Source of the DNA: Octopus sinensis | Taxonomy: Eukaryota | Direction: 5' to 3' | Length of the DNA: 64,000 bases | NCBI RefSeq assembly: GCF_006345805.1 | Contig: NC_043007.1 | Coordinates: 4,960,001-5,024,000, forward strand | Shown here: positions 36,491-50,489 of the stretch, one piece after another | How positions within the stretch are numbered: position 1 is the first letter of the stretch | Layout of the letters: every line of letters begins with the position of its first letter | Position numbers and translations under genes: made by a program | The notes under the pieces: model-generated | The model's database searches: none | What the model saw: only the letters and a program-made list of their open reading frames with translations | What the model was told of the DNA's origin: nothing

Positions 36491-38044
36491 GTAAGGTGCT
36501 GACGGAAAAATATTTTTTATCCTTTCTCTGTTATATTTTGTCCCCTACAATTAGGTGCAAAGGGGTGATTATAATTTGCTTGTCATCTAAGAGAGTTCTA
36601 TCAGTTGTAGGAGAAGCGGGATCCACAACCGATGTTTTGGGATTTAACCCTACTGTAAAGTGTTTTGCAAAATTCCTTAGATTGAGGAGGGCATTAAGTA
36701 ATGGGTGGAATTTGGTTGATGGAATGAAGTTATGGAAGCGTCCTTGCGTGCATGTGTGTGCATATTGCACGGCATTTGAACATTTGGCTTCACTGAAGCA
36801 ATGACTATTGACCAAGACCTTTGGAAATATGCTGTGCTTGAGAAGACCCAGTAAGCCAAGTGAGACCATAACCCTTGGCCTATGCCAAGGGTGTAGCCAG
36901 TCCACTTATGCATACCTCTTCCTTCATTGGACACTAAACTCTGCTTGTGAAAATCTGTTGAGGCAAGTGAAATCGAAATCGAAATCAAATTCAATGACAG
37001 CACCACATGACTGGCATCCGTGCCAGTGGAGCGCTAACAGCACCATCTGAGCGTGATCACTGCCGGGGCCGCTGACTGGCTCCCTTGATCATTACCAGCA
37101 TGGCCTTACTGGGATTTGTGCTGGTGGCACATGACAAACAACATTCGAGCGAGGTCGTTGCCAGTGCCACTGGACTGGCTCCTGTGCAGGTGGCACATAA
37201 AAACACCATTTAAGTGTGGCCGTTGCCAGTACGGCATTGACTGGCTCTTGTGCCAGTGGCAGGTAAAAGCACCCATTACACTCTCAGAGTGGTTGGCATT
37301 AGGAAAGGCATCCAGCTGTAGAAACTCTGCCAGATCAGATTGGAGTCTGGTGCAGCCATCTGGCTCACCAGCCCTCAGTCAAACCATCCAACCCATGCCA
37401 GCATGGAAAACGGATGTTAAACGATGATGATGATATATGTATCTATATATTTCATCTTTGTTTCCTTTTATTTAGTTTCAACTCAGAGCTATGGCCACGA
37501 TCGGGCACTACTGTTTTGCTACACTGTTATTATTGAGAGCCTCCTCTAATATTTGGCATTTGGTGAATAAGGGAGTTTGATATCGCTACCATCATTTGCA
37601 CCTCTTGCTACGAAGTAGGTTCATCTGGGACTCTCAGCAGGAAGACGTCCAGTTTTGATTTGGAAACATCTACATCCACTTTGTGTAGGTCCCTCAAGCT
37701 CTTTGGGAGAGTATCAATAAGCCCCTGAAACCCAGGTTGTTGCCGTAACTGGCCCTGAAGTGCAGTGGGATTGTTGGGATCTTTGGCACTGTGCAGTGTC
37801 AGCTCGTTCTGGCATTGGTGTAGCTTTCAATGCCAAAATTTGGCACAATTCCTTCCAGGGTCTTCCAGATATATATTACTGCATACCTCTCCTGTCTTCT
37901 CTCCAGGGAGTAGAGTCTTAGCAGTTTTAACCTTTCCCAGTAGCTGAGCGTTGCAAAGAGATGATCTTCTTTGTGAATCTTCTCTGGATTGCTTCAAGGT
38001 TCAGTGTTCATTTCACACTGTGAGCAGTAATCCAGGCATATATA

Positions 38045-38110
<66 letters not shown>

Positions 38111-38742
38111 TGAGCAAAATGCCCCCCATCCAATGGACCAAGCTCCAGTCTGATCTGGCAGAGTTTCTCCAGCTGGATGCCCTTCCTAACACCAACCACT
38201 CTGAGAATGTAGTGGGTATTTTTACGTGCCGCCAGCACAAGGGCCATATGGTTTCTAATACAGTTCCTCTTGATGGCACCTTGGAAAATGCCTTCTACTC
38301 TAGCCTCCAACCAACTAATGTCTTGTGAACGAATTTGGTAAATGGAAACTGTATGGAAGCATGTCATGTATACACACAAATGTAAGTATGCATGTGTGTC
38401 GTCACTTTGCACTTGTCCATCCCCACCCCCTGCACCATTTGATGTTTGGTGTTGGTTTGTTTTTGTCCCTGTGACTTTGAAGTTCTGCAAAAGACTGATA
38501 ACTTAAGAACCAAACTTAAAAAGAATGAGGTTTGGGGGTGATTGGGTTGATTTATTCAACTAACCTATTCAGTGCTCCAGCATGGTTGCAGCCTAATGTC
38601 TGAGACAAGTGAAAGAATCAAAGAACATTGTTTATTGGTACAAATAAGAGCGCCAGACTTGATGCCTTTGTAGTAACAGAAAACAAAGAAAACAAAAATT
38701 ACTCGTTTTTATCTCATTATTTCATATTTTAATCATTTGTAG

Positions 38743-38823
38743 ATGAAAGAAGCTTTTAGAGTCACAGATGACCAACACCAGAAAACACTTGAACAGATTG
38801 AAAGGAAATTCTTCGAAGATAAG
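38743..38823 (+). CDS. BBOF1: BBOF1 coding exon 6
   Basis: MKEAF...HQKTLEQIERKFFEDK (cf. conserved E.RFFEEK). Confidence 0.9.
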
Positions 38824-38971
38824 GTTGGTTCATGTTTATATTAGAAGCTTTTCCAAAATCTTTTACAGTCATAAATGGTTCCATTTCCAAATCCAAATCC
38901 AAAGATAGGATCTGATCCAATCTCTACCCCTGGGCCAGGTTTTCTGGTAAAAATAACGAATCTGTTCAACT

Positions 38972-39008
<37 letters not shown>

Positions 39009-40219
39009 TTAACGTCTGCTTTCCATGCTAGCATGAGTTGGACGGTTCAACCGGGGTCTGGAAAGCCAGAAGGCTGCACCAGGCTCCAATCTTGATCTGG
39101 CAGTGTTTCTACAGCTGGATGCCCTTCCTAACGCCAACCACTTCGTGAGTGTAGTGGATGCTTTTTACGTGCTGGTAATCGAGATAGGTGCAGGCATGAC
39201 TGTTTGGTTGAAATGTTCACTTCTCAGCAATGTGGTTTCGGGTGAAGCCTGATCTTTGAATGTTGGGTTTCACAGAGATGACAAGCGATTGAGACCATCG
39301 GCTACTTGCTGTGCTTGAAAAAAACTCATGGAATCGTAGCTGTGGCTGGTGCTGGTGACACATTAAAGGCACTCACTACATGCTTGGAGTGGTTGGTATT
39401 AGGAAGGGCATTCTGCTGTAAAAACCATGTCAAATCAGTATCAGTTACGCACTGGGGTCGATATAATTGACTTAACCCGTTTGTCTGTCCTTGTTTGTCC
39501 TCTCTGAGTTTAGCCCCTTGTGGGTAGTAAAGAAATAGGTATTTCATCTGCCATTACATTCTGAGTTCAAATTCCACCGAGGTTGACTTTGCCTTTCATC
39601 CTTTCAGGGTCGATAAATTTATCATATTGCCTGGAGGACTATGATAAATAGGAGGGGGCTAATTACTGAACCATGGTGGACCCCTACCTCTACTCGGAAT
39701 TCTTCACTGTACTTGTTGCCAACCCTCACCTTACTGACAGTGTCCCTGTACATGGCTTGCACAGCTCTCACTAACCATTCTTCCATCCCTAGTTTCCTCA
39801 TTGACCACCAGATAAGGGATAAGGGCAAAACATATTTTAAAAACAAAATCTTTACTGGAATTGAAGTATGAGTTGACCATTATGTTATTAGTGAGCAGAA
39901 ACATTAAGTGAAGGTAGAATATCATTTTATTGACACAAGCCTTTACCTTCTTTTGTAATACTCTTTACTCTCTTTACTCTTTTACTTGTCTCAGTCATTT
40001 GACTGCAGCCATGCTGGAGCACCGCCTTTAGTCGAAGAAATCGACCCCAGGACTTATTCTTTGTAAGCCTAGAACTTAGTCTATTGGTCTCTTTTACCGA
40101 ACTGCTAAGTTACCGGGACGTGAACACACCAGCATCGGTTGTCAAGCGATGTTGGGGAACAAACACAGACATACAAACATATACACATGCATAATACATA
40201 CATACATGCATATATATAT

Positions 40220-40251
<32 letters not shown>

Positions 40252-40996
40252 CGACGGGCTTCTTTCAGTTTCCGTCTACCAAATCCACACACAACGCTTT
40301 GGTCGGCCTGAGGCTATAGTAGAAGACACTTGCCCAAGGTGCCATGCAGTGGGACTGAACCCGGAACCATGTGGCTGGTAAGCAAGATATTTATCACATA
40401 GCCACTTCTGCGCCTGTAATGTCAATAAAAATTGACCATAAAGGCCATTAATTCATGCAGAATATCCAAAAAGAGGACAGTGCTATGGAATAATGTAAGA
40501 GAATATGGACGATAAACCACTGTACAAAATTAGCTTATTTTTATTTGTAAATCTTGAAGGGCGTTTTTTCAAATGCCGTTTGGTACTGAAAAGGTGCACT
40601 GAGTTTGAATGAGCTAAAAATCACTGCCATTATTCTATACTAATTCCCTCCGCAATCAGTTGAAATTATACAGAAACCTTCCTTTGAACATATTCAGTTT
40701 TATCTCTTTTCCTCATATCAGGTATTGCATTACATCTAAATATTTACCTTTCCATTTCGGGCTCCAGTCCTCTCATTGTATTCATATTCTTCTGTGCAGC
40801 GTAGAGGATCAGTTTACTAAATAGCCTTTTTGTTTAATGTGCTGCTGGATATCCTGTTTCTTGTTTCAAACTCCTAATCCTGTTTTACAATTAACCTGTG
40901 TGTTATCTTGTTAGCTTGTCCTGCAGTTGCTGTCGTTGCTTTAAATATACACCCTTTCTGTCTACGCTGGCCTATTTTGTAACTTCTTATTTACAG

Positions 40997-41067
40997 TTTA
41001 GATTTGAAGAAGAAACGAATAAGAAAACTTTTAAACTCAGGCGTGAAGCCCGACAAGATGCTATCAA
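40997..41067 (+). CDS. BBOF1: BBOF1 coding exon 7
   Basis: FRFEEETNKK...EARQDAI; ttacag acceptor, gtaaat donor; phase 0 in, 2 out. Confidence 0.82.
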
Positions 41068-41188
41068 GTAAATGGTTTTTTTTCTTTTCCATCTTTTTAG
41101 CAACTACTTTTCCCATGTAGCATGGTTTTGGATTAAGTTTACCGAGACACCTCTTCACAGTTAGGTGCCCTTTCTGTTGCCAACCCTC

Positions 41189-41189
<1 letters not shown>

Positions 41190-41219
<30 letters not shown>

Positions 41220-41860
41220 TGTGTGTGTGTGTGTATGTATGTAAGTATGTATGTGTGTGTGTGTGTGTGTGTATGTATGTACGTACATACGTTTGTATGT
41301 ACGTATGTATGTATGTACGTACGTATATATGTATGTATGTATGTATGCATGTATGTATGTGTGTTTGTGTGTGTGTGTGTGTGTATGTATGTACGTATGT
41401 ACGTTTATATGTACGTACATACGTATGTATGTATGTATGCATGTATGTATGTGTGTTTGTGTGTGTGTGTGTGTGTATGTATGTACGTATGTACGTTTAT
41501 ATGTACGTATGTATGTACGTACATACGTATGTATGTACGTACATACGTATGTATGTACGTACATACGTATGTATGTACGTACATACGTATGTATGTATGT
41601 ATGTATGTATGTATGTATGTATGTGTGTTTGTGTGTGTGTGTGTGTGTATGTATGTACGTATGTACGTTTATATGTACGTATGTATGTACGTACATATGT
41701 ATGTATGTATGTATGTATGTATGCATGTATGTATGTGTGTTTGTGTGTGTGTGTGTGTGTATGTATGTACGTATGTACGTTTATATGTACGTATGTATGT
41801 ACGTACATACGTATGTATGTATGTATGTATGTATGTATGTGTGTTTGTGTGTGCACACGT
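41190..41860. repeat. Compound (TATG)n/(TACG)/(TG)n microsatellite with higher-order repetition
   Basis: Directly visible. Confidence 0.95.
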
Positions 41861-43262
41861 GCATGTGTGTGTATGTGTGCATGCACACGCATATTCCCAT
41901 GTGTTTATGTATATCTGCAATTGCTTGTAGAGTAATGCAGTCGGTTTTTTTCCTGTCAACAAATCATTCAAGACTTCAAGCTGGAAACAGGTGTAAATAA
42001 GACTTCCAATCAACCTTCATGTATATATGTGATATATAATTTGATGCTCCATTAAAAGTATTGAACCCTTTCATCACTAAATATTTGTTGTTGTTCACAA
42101 CGTTGTAACCTAGCAACTTCAACATTAGCATCAGTGTGTGTTTGTGTGGCTGTGTGTGTTTACGCCTCAACATGTTTGTGTGGGTCTCAGCTATCGAAAG
42201 TATATTGTATTGAGGTACCAGATTACTATCAAGAATTCATTAACTTACTTGCAGAGAGAGAGGGAGATGGAATGGTCTGGTTGTTTATAGTTAATGGAAG
42301 GGTTAACAAGGTTAACAGTTTAACATTTAAACTGGCTGTATCCAGTCCTAGTATTCGACTTGTTTTATCTTTATATTAGTCAGATTTGGCCTTTAACTAG
42401 TAACCTATTATATCATTCTAAAAGTGAACAATCATATCACAGAGATCACAAGAATGGTCCCCAACTATGCAAACCTGTTTATTGGCCCAAATATTCTCAC
42501 AATTTGCCGGTCCCACTATAGGGTCATTATATCAATGACTGCATCAGCATGACCTCACTCTGCCATGAACAACTAGACTCCTTCCTCTTTTTGGTCCAAT
42601 CTTTCCATCCTGCACTATACTCTTTTTACTCTTTTACTTGTTTCAGTCATTTGACTGTGGCCATGCTGGAACAGCGCCTTTAGTCGAGCAAGTCGACCCC
42701 AGGACTTATTCTTTGTAAGCCTAGTACTTATTCTATTGGTCTCTTTTGCCGAACCGCTAAGTTACAGGGACGTAAACACACCAGCATCGGTTGTCAAGCG
42801 ATGTTGGGGAGCACAAACACAGACACACAAACATATACACTCACACACACACACATATATATATACCTATATACGACGGGCTTCTTTCAGTTTCTGTCTA
42901 CCAAATCCACTCACAAGGTTTTGGTCAGCTCAAGGCTATAGTAGAAGACACTTGCCCAAGGTGCCATGTAGTGGGACTGAACCCGGAACCATGTAGTTGG
43001 TAAGCAGGCTACTTACCACACAGCCACTCCAACGCCTATTTATTTCTACTTTTCATTTTGATCATTTTATCAATATTTAATATCAGATCATCATCAGATG
43101 TTTTATTCCTCAATGCCAACTTAGTTCCAGACCATGTTTCAAGGATTTGAAGTAAAAATTTTTATTTTCTAATCTAGGAGATTTGGCTGCTATTTCTGAT
43201 AGATCAAGTCACCATATTGAGGCTCTCTCATTAGCTTGAACATTTCTTGTTGTCCTTTATAG

Positions 43263-43476
43263 GAATCTAAACGATATTACAAAGCAAATTTACCAAGAGA
43301 ATGCCAGACTTTCCGAAGCCCTGTTGACACATATAAAGGATATTGAAAGTCTGAGACAGTCTAACAACAAATTTGTCAAAAAATATGAGTTTGTAAAGCA
43401 GGAACTGAAAGAACAAAAGATTCTATTACACAAGAAAGTTAAAGAAGTGAATAACTACAAAACTGAGAACGAAAAG
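43263..43476 (+). CDS. BBOF1: BBOF1 coding exon 8
   Basis: NLNDITKQIYQENARLSEALLTH...; tttatag acceptor, gtaagg donor. Confidence 0.9.
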
Positions 43477-43482
43477 GTAAGG

Positions 43483-43519
<37 letters not shown>

Positions 43520-45146
43520 GTTATTAATAATAATAATAATAATAATAATAGCCCTGATGCAGTACCAGGCAGTGGCTCTCATGGCTTCTGATCTTAACTG
43601 ATTGGAAGTGTCATTATGTACATTGTTTTGTCTTGGTATAAAAGATGGGCTACAGCAAATATGCTACTCAATACCACAGATTTGCTTGTCAGTTGTTTGA
43701 CTTTAACCAGTTGAACATGTCCCTTAGTGGCTGACAATATGTGCATCTCTGATCACGAGCAGAAGTAGTGGGGGAGCATCATAGCCATGTGTTGAGAGGG
43801 ATTCTTTGGGGTTTGGATAATTCACCTCTGGAAACATGGGTGGTTCGTTCAACATCCTTAAACAATCATTATTCAAGGACCTTTTGAGCGGGATGGGCTA
43901 CTCAACCTGAAGAAAATTCTAACTGGGCCCCACCTGCAAGGTCACGTGCTGTTTATCTTGATATGAGATCACCATGTCAATCACATAGGGTTGTGATGCA
44001 TGTGCCTGGTGTACCCTTATCAGACTGGTAGTCATAATGGGTATACTGGGCTTTGTATATTTTACCCCAGTGATTGGGACTCTGCTTTAAGGGTTGCCTG
44101 GGATGACCTGAACAAATACTGACAAATGGTGGGTGCAACAAGGTGCCGCAGTGACACATGACCCCATACTTGTCCTGATATGTAATATACCTGTTTCTTT
44201 ATTACCCATAAGGGGCTAAACATAGAGGGGACAATGTTGGTGTGTTTACGTCCCCATAACTTAACAGTTTGGCAAAAGAGATCGAAAGTTCTAGGCTTAC
44301 AAAGAATAAGTGCTGGGGTCGATTTGTTCGACTAATGGTGGTGCTCCAGCATGGCTGCAGTCAAATAACTGAAACAATTAAAAGAATAAAAAAAAAAGAA
44401 AAGAATATTTTTCAGGTTGTTTTGTAAACAAGTTTCTAAACCTGAGTGTGCCCTACTGCAAAGCCAGAGAACAAGGGATCCACATTAGAAAATACTGGTC
44501 TAAATCACTTCTTCATGGCTCCTTTACTATATTGCATCTGTGGACCACTAAAAATGTTATATGGGCCCCCAGGCTCCATATGGCTCCCAGTTGAGAACCC
44601 CTAATCTAGGGTTATAGTAGAAGACTATAACCCTATGGTAACATACATTGGGACTGAATCCCAAACCATTTAATTATAAAAAGAACTTCTTAATCTCCTA
44701 GTCATGTCTGTACCTTTTTAGTGTATTTATCTGTTTATTCAAACACATGATCCCTCTAAAGGTCAGACCTATTACAAAGGAGATAATCCTTTTTCCATAA
44801 TTTGAAGCAGGATTAGAAATTTGAAATTGAAATTAAGAAATTATAATGAAAAAAATGCATAGAATTCACAATCATTTGAAAATGAGTAAAGTATGGCACT
44901 ATTTCATTCTTTTAAGAAATTTTCAGCATTGCATAACTTGTGAGTTATTGTTTAAGCATTTTATGAAGTGAGGCATTTCATTAAGATGGAAATAGAGTCT
45001 GAAAAAAATTCATGCAGAGTGTGTCTTTTATTTTACCTTTTCTTTATAGAACTTCAGTAGATCAGGAATGAAGAGGATAGAGAAGAAGTTCTTTACCAAG
45101 TCATTTTTTGTTTGAATTTTTTTGTTTTTCTTTTTTATAAACTTAG

Positions 45147-45418
45147 CTGCTGCAAAGAATTGAAGACCTGGAGAAATCACAGAGTGATATGGTCAAAGAA
45201 TTTGAGACAAAGAAAAATGACTTGGTTGTAGAGTGTCATAAGGAAACAGAGTGTAACAAACAAGAGATAGTTCAATTACAGCAAGTGATAGAAGCAAAAT
45301 CTAAGGAATTGTCCCACATAAAACGGTTGGCACGAGGTGTCTTGGAACAACGGAATGATCTGGAGAGTTTCTTTGCTGAATCTTTGAATTATGTAAGAAA
45401 GAAAATTGCCGCTAACCG
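45147..45418 (+). CDS. BBOF1: BBOF1 coding exon 9
   Basis: KELSHIKRLARGVLEQRNDLESFFAESLNYVRKKI matches the conserved K.LA..IL..R..VE.FF..AL..V segment. Confidence 0.93.
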
Positions 45419-45984
45419 GTCAGTATTTTCTGTGTTTATATTTGTTTGTATTTTTTTTTCCTGTTTCTTTTTTCATTTTTGTTTGTTTACTGTTTGGGAT
45501 ATGAACTTGTTTCATGAGTTTGAATTTTTTTATTGTTTCTGTTGTTTAAATCCAAGTGAGCTCTGGCCATGCAAACATGATCAATGCTATATTACAGCTA
45601 TGATGAGGAGGATCATTGTTTTCATGTCTACTTTTCCATGCATGCATGGGTCCGACGGAATTTGTTGAGACAGAATTTCTCTGGCTGGACGCTCTTCCTG
45701 TCACCAACTCTCACCCGTTTCCAAGCAAGGTAATATTTCCCCATGACCGGACATGTTTTCCATGAAGGCTGGAAACAAAAAAGACACCATTTGTATAATG
45801 GCGATTCTCATTTACTACGATCACATGATATCAAGGCAAGGGTACACACACACCCACACATACATATGTATACAATAGGATTCTTTCAGTTTCCATCTTC
45901 CAAATCTGACATTTGCCTAGGTTGCTCTACAATGAGATTAAACCGAGGACCACATGCCTGGGAAACATGCTTGACTTGACTTGA

Positions 45985-46240
45985 GACAGCATTCACCCGG
46001 GGTGGGTTGAGCTGGCTTCATTCTTCCTCAATGCTGCATCTCTCACAAACGCCGACCAGGCCTGGCGATTTGAAGCTAACGACTGTGTGATCTCCAACCA
46101 TTCCTTATTCCAGCAGCGAGCGCCGTAGATATGGGGGCCTAGGTTGAGTTCCAGATCAGCCTTGACTGTCATCAGCCAGGTCTTTTGTTGTCCACCACAT
46201 TGCTTTCACCAACCCTGAAAGGGAGCTGGAGCAATTGCTT
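45985..46240 (-). mobile_element. RTE-clade LINE 3' end
   Basis: GGQQKTWLMTVKADLE...GPHIYG...W...LASNRQAW...VRD. Confidence 0.65.
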
Positions 46241-46676
46241 CGTTAGGAAGGGCATCCAGCTGTAGAAACTCTGCCAGATCAAGGTTGAAGCCTGGTGCAG
46301 CCATCTGGTTTGCCAGCCCTTAGTCATTCGTCCAACCCATGCTAGCATGGAAAGCAGATGTTAAACGATGATGATGATGATGATGTTAGCATTAGGAAGG
46401 GTATCCAACCATAGGAACCATAACCAAAGTAGAGCTTGGCACAGTTCTGTAGCTTGAAAGCTCCTGTCAAACCATCCAACCCTTCCCAGCATGGAAAGTG
46501 GACATTAATGATGATGATGATGATGATAATGTATAATACATTTGACCGTATTGATCTTGTTTAGTATAGAACCTCATACAATATTGTTGTTGTATTGTAT
46601 AAAATTTGTTATACAACATTGATGACGTGGCAATGTCTTTTAGCATCAGCTTAGATGAGTTCTCTCTCTGCAACAG

Positions 46677-46829
46677 GAAACTCTATATACAGCAAGCAAA
46701 GCAGGCCTACCAACACAAATTGCTGGAAGCAAACAATGGTAAAACAGAACACCCCAAAATCCGGACGTTTACAAAATCCGTATCTAGTACCAACAATGTC
46801 TACAATGATTTTGATGCAGCAAAAATGCT
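46677..46829 (+). CDS. BBOF1: BBOF1 coding exon 10
   Basis: GKTEHPKIRTF...STNNVYND, a signature of BBOF1/CCDC176. Confidence 0.95.
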
Positions 46830-47099
46830 GTAAGTTCTGTATTTAATGCTTTGATCTCTTTATCACCCTCTTATCTCTCTCTTTCTCTCATTCTCCATAA
46901 CTCTCTCATTTCTGCACCCTCTTTCTCCTGTCTTTCTCTCTCACCCTTTCTCTCTCATCCTGTCTCACATACCCTGTCTCTTTCTCCCCCTCTCTCCCTC
47001 CTATATTTTATATCTATGTAGACTGTTTAATACCTGACAGTAATATTTTGTTTCAAATTTAAATATTAAATGAATGTGACTTTATCAACAGTGGAAAGG

Positions 47100-50000
47100 C
47101 AACACCTATGACCCCTTATTAAGGGCCCTGAAATTGGTGGAATGAAGGGAGCGAGTTATCCTCAGACATCAGACAGGATACCTGATTCAAATGCTTGCTT
47201 CTGAGTGGACTCAGCTAAAAGCTCCCATATGTCAGGTGTATGTAACTGGCAATGAATTAAGTCTATTACAGAAGAACTGGAATGGTCCCTACCTAAGTGT
47301 CGATAGATTTCCATCTATGCAGATTGTCTATGCAATTTTACTCACAAGATTCTAGTCAACCATGGCTATGGCAAAAGAGTGCGTCACAGTGGACTTTGGT
47401 GGGACTCTGTGGAGAGAGTATGCAACAAATTAGTTCATAGGATCAGCACTACAACTGACTGTTGTAGTAACTTTGATAGAATAGGCATACAAGGGGTACT
47501 GAAAGCTTTCTGGCTTTAAGGGAATCGCAAAAGAGCCTGTTTGGTACTTTAACCTCTATGCCATTAATTGAGCCATCATGCCTGAGCATGTTAGTAGAGC
47601 ACTAATGAGCTCCCACCAATGTTCACCTATTCACTCTCCTATGCTGCATGCAGCCTCACCAATGTAGGTAGTTGTCATGTTTCTGCGCCGTTCCTCAGTA
47701 CATCGTAAGCTATACACTACATTCTTAACCTTACAGTTAACCTGGGGGGGGGGTTCATCCTACATATAACCCAATTGTACTCTGTATGGGGGGACTTATC
47801 AAAGGGATAGGTATTACACATCAGGGATTTTAGAGAGGCACCAGGCCTCTCTCCTCCTTTAATTTGTAGATTAGCCTTACTTAATGTTTTTCTAAAAAGG
47901 TGTGCTAGTTTGCCACCAGGGGTAGCATCATGAACATGACACTCTGGTATTTTTTGTTATCATACCAAGTGTTGGCCTTATTTATCTTATTACTGGATTT
48001 ATTCCTGACCAGTGGGCAGATCCCCTTAGCATCACTCTCTATGATGGCTTTGTACTTAGTTCTTGCTCCTTTGTACACTCTAATCCTGTCCCTTTGGTTG
48101 TAACCAGAGAACTGCATGCAGCAGTTGAAGTGTTGTTATGTGTCTTTCTAATTCCATAGGGTCGCACATGTGAGACACATTCCTCGTCACTTTCAGCATG
48201 TCAGTTATAAGAATGCTGAACTTGGCATTGTCCGCAATTGCTGCGTTTTTTGTGAACAAGGTAGTTAGAGGCCATGGGTAAGGCATAATGAGAGTGAAAG
48301 ATCTGGACCTTACCATTCTTCATTTCTCACCTGAGTTCAGTGTCTAAAACAGGTAATCTATAGTTAGGGCCCTTACTAGGGTGGTCTATCATTATTTCTA
48401 TACTCCGGTGGATGGAGCTATCTACTTGCTGGATGCTTTCCATAGTGTTAGCTTCTAGATTATCAATATTGTCTTGTAGAGGTGCTCCAGCTACCATGTT
48501 GATATCTTCCACATAGTGGGAGTCCATGGTTAGGTTTATGGAGTTTTCTGCTAATTTCTCTTTAAGTCTCCTTAAATGGGTTAGCTACATCACCAGTAAT
48601 ACTGACATCGATAGCTGCATCTTCCTCTTGGGTGTATATCTTGTTATTAAACTTAAATATGTGGCCTTTGAGTGTGGTCTTGGTACTTGCATCCACCACA
48701 TGTGTGACCATCTTTTTAACCTGATCATTATTTTCAGGGGTCTGTATAGCTCTGGTCCACCTATTTCATTTCTCTTTAGGAGTCTTCTTGACCATAGAAG
48801 TTATAGCGAGAGGTCCACCTCTAATCGATCTAGTGGGGCAGAAACGACTAAGATCATGTTTATCTAAATAATCATTGTTGCATGTCATCTAAGGAGGGGG
48901 CCAAGTTCTTCAGTGTCAACACCACGGAACTCCCACGGAACTCCCACTGATCACCTCCACACATTTCTCCACAGCAACATCAGTGGATGGGTATAGGGAC
49001 ACTATGTACATACTGCCTATTATGCATCCCGTCAGGTCATGGGCCATGGTTGCTCTCATTGATCCCGTAGAGGAGGTCCTCTTTGCTGTCACACACATCT
49101 GGGGACATTTTTTATCAGAGGGCGTATGATCATAGAGAGGAAGTAAGAGATCCGGTAGTTGGTAACATTGGTTCCGCAGACCGGGGTCATCAGTGGTCCT
49201 GTCACTAGGTCGCTGGACATCTTATGGTTCTTGTGCAGTCCATACAGTGCCGGCGAGCTGGCAGAATCGTTAGCACGCCGGACGAAATGCTTGGCAGTAT
49301 TTCGTCTGCTGCAACGTTCTGAGTTCAAATTGAGCTGAGGTTGACTTTGCCTTTCATCCTTTCGAGGTCAATTAAATAAGTACCAGTTACGCATTGGGGT
49401 CGAGCCCCTTGTGGGCAGTAAAGAAATGGATATTGTTGTTGTTGGCCATGCGCTTCTTTGCCCCTAGGATGTTTGACCACATCATCATATGAGCATTGAG
49501 GATCTTCTCTTCCTCCTCATACTCCTGTATTGTTGTTTCCCTTCATATTGGTGATGTGGGGTTGCATCACCTGGATGTACTTTGGCAGGCTGTCTACAGA
49601 CATTCTGCTGGACTTGTCCATGGGCAAGCATAGGATTCCCCTATTTCTTGTGTGCTGTATGAGCTGGTGCAGGCCATCTGCAGACTTCTGGGCCTCTTTA
49701 CCATTCCGTCTTCCAGGGTATTGTTCTAAAATCTGGGAATGGTGAATCATGCTTCTATTTTGTCGTTTATCTGTTGAGGGATGCAAACCCTTTTGTTTAA
49801 GGGTAGGCTTGTCGGATAAATATGGCTCATATTGTGTGATTTATTCCATGGATTGAAGAATAGGGCCTGGAAAGCGTTGGTGTCATTTATATCCGTTGGA
49901 CTACTACCATATCCTGCCATTTCTCTGGTTACCGTTTGCTTGTTTGTGTCTGTCAATGGTGTCATTGCTGCTGGTGTTTCTATGTGTTGTAATGCTTGTA

Positions 50001-50200
50001 TTGGTTTGCATGTTTACATGGTGGATTCCACTCTTGTCGCTGTAGTGGTTCACAGCCACATTGATGATGATGATGATTGTTGCCATTGTTCTTGTTGCAG
50101 TTGTCCCTACTGTTAATCTTATCTCCCCTTCCTACTGCTCCTACTATGGCTATTCTGGCCCCTAACTTTGACCTGCTTGTATCTCTCTATAGTCTTATTG
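47100..50200 (-). mobile_element. Decayed Penelope-like retroelement (RT + C-terminal GIY-YIG endonuclease), with a family-A SINE nested at 49250-49427
   Basis: YGLHKNHK..GPLMTPVCG, IGSMYIVSLYPS, HYVEDIN, LPVLD, MQFSGY, then KNVVYSLRC...TYIGE...GE*IGEH at ~47615-47730; outer limits uncertain. Confidence 0.8.
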
Positions 50201-50291
50201 TTGTTGTTTCCCATGGCATTAGTCTTTGGTAGGTTGACCTTTTGTTGAAATATTTGTCTGTCTAGTTAAATCCTTTCTTTTTTTCTTTCAG

Positions 50292-50462
50292 GAACATTAC
50301 AGATGTACAAATAGATGTAAAAGACCTCACGTGGGAACAAAAAGAGAGCGTTCTTTGTTATTTATTTTCCAGAATGAATAAAAACGACAAAGAATCACAA
50401 AATGCAAATAACTTGCTTCCAAAAGTGGAACCAAAGAAGCTTTTACCAATTGAAAATTCTAG
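50292..50462 (+). CDS. BBOF1: BBOF1 coding exon 11
   Basis: IDVKDLTWEQKESVLCYLFSRMN (conserved DLTWEQKE.VL.LLF.KMN). Confidence 0.95.
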
Positions 50463-50489
50463 GTAAATTAGATTTCTCATCTTCCAAGC

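Noticed and set aside
41161-42013. Long ORFs (up to 256 aa) rich in Y/V/C/M or H/T/Y/I
   Set aside because: Translations of a compound microsatellite that lacks stop codons
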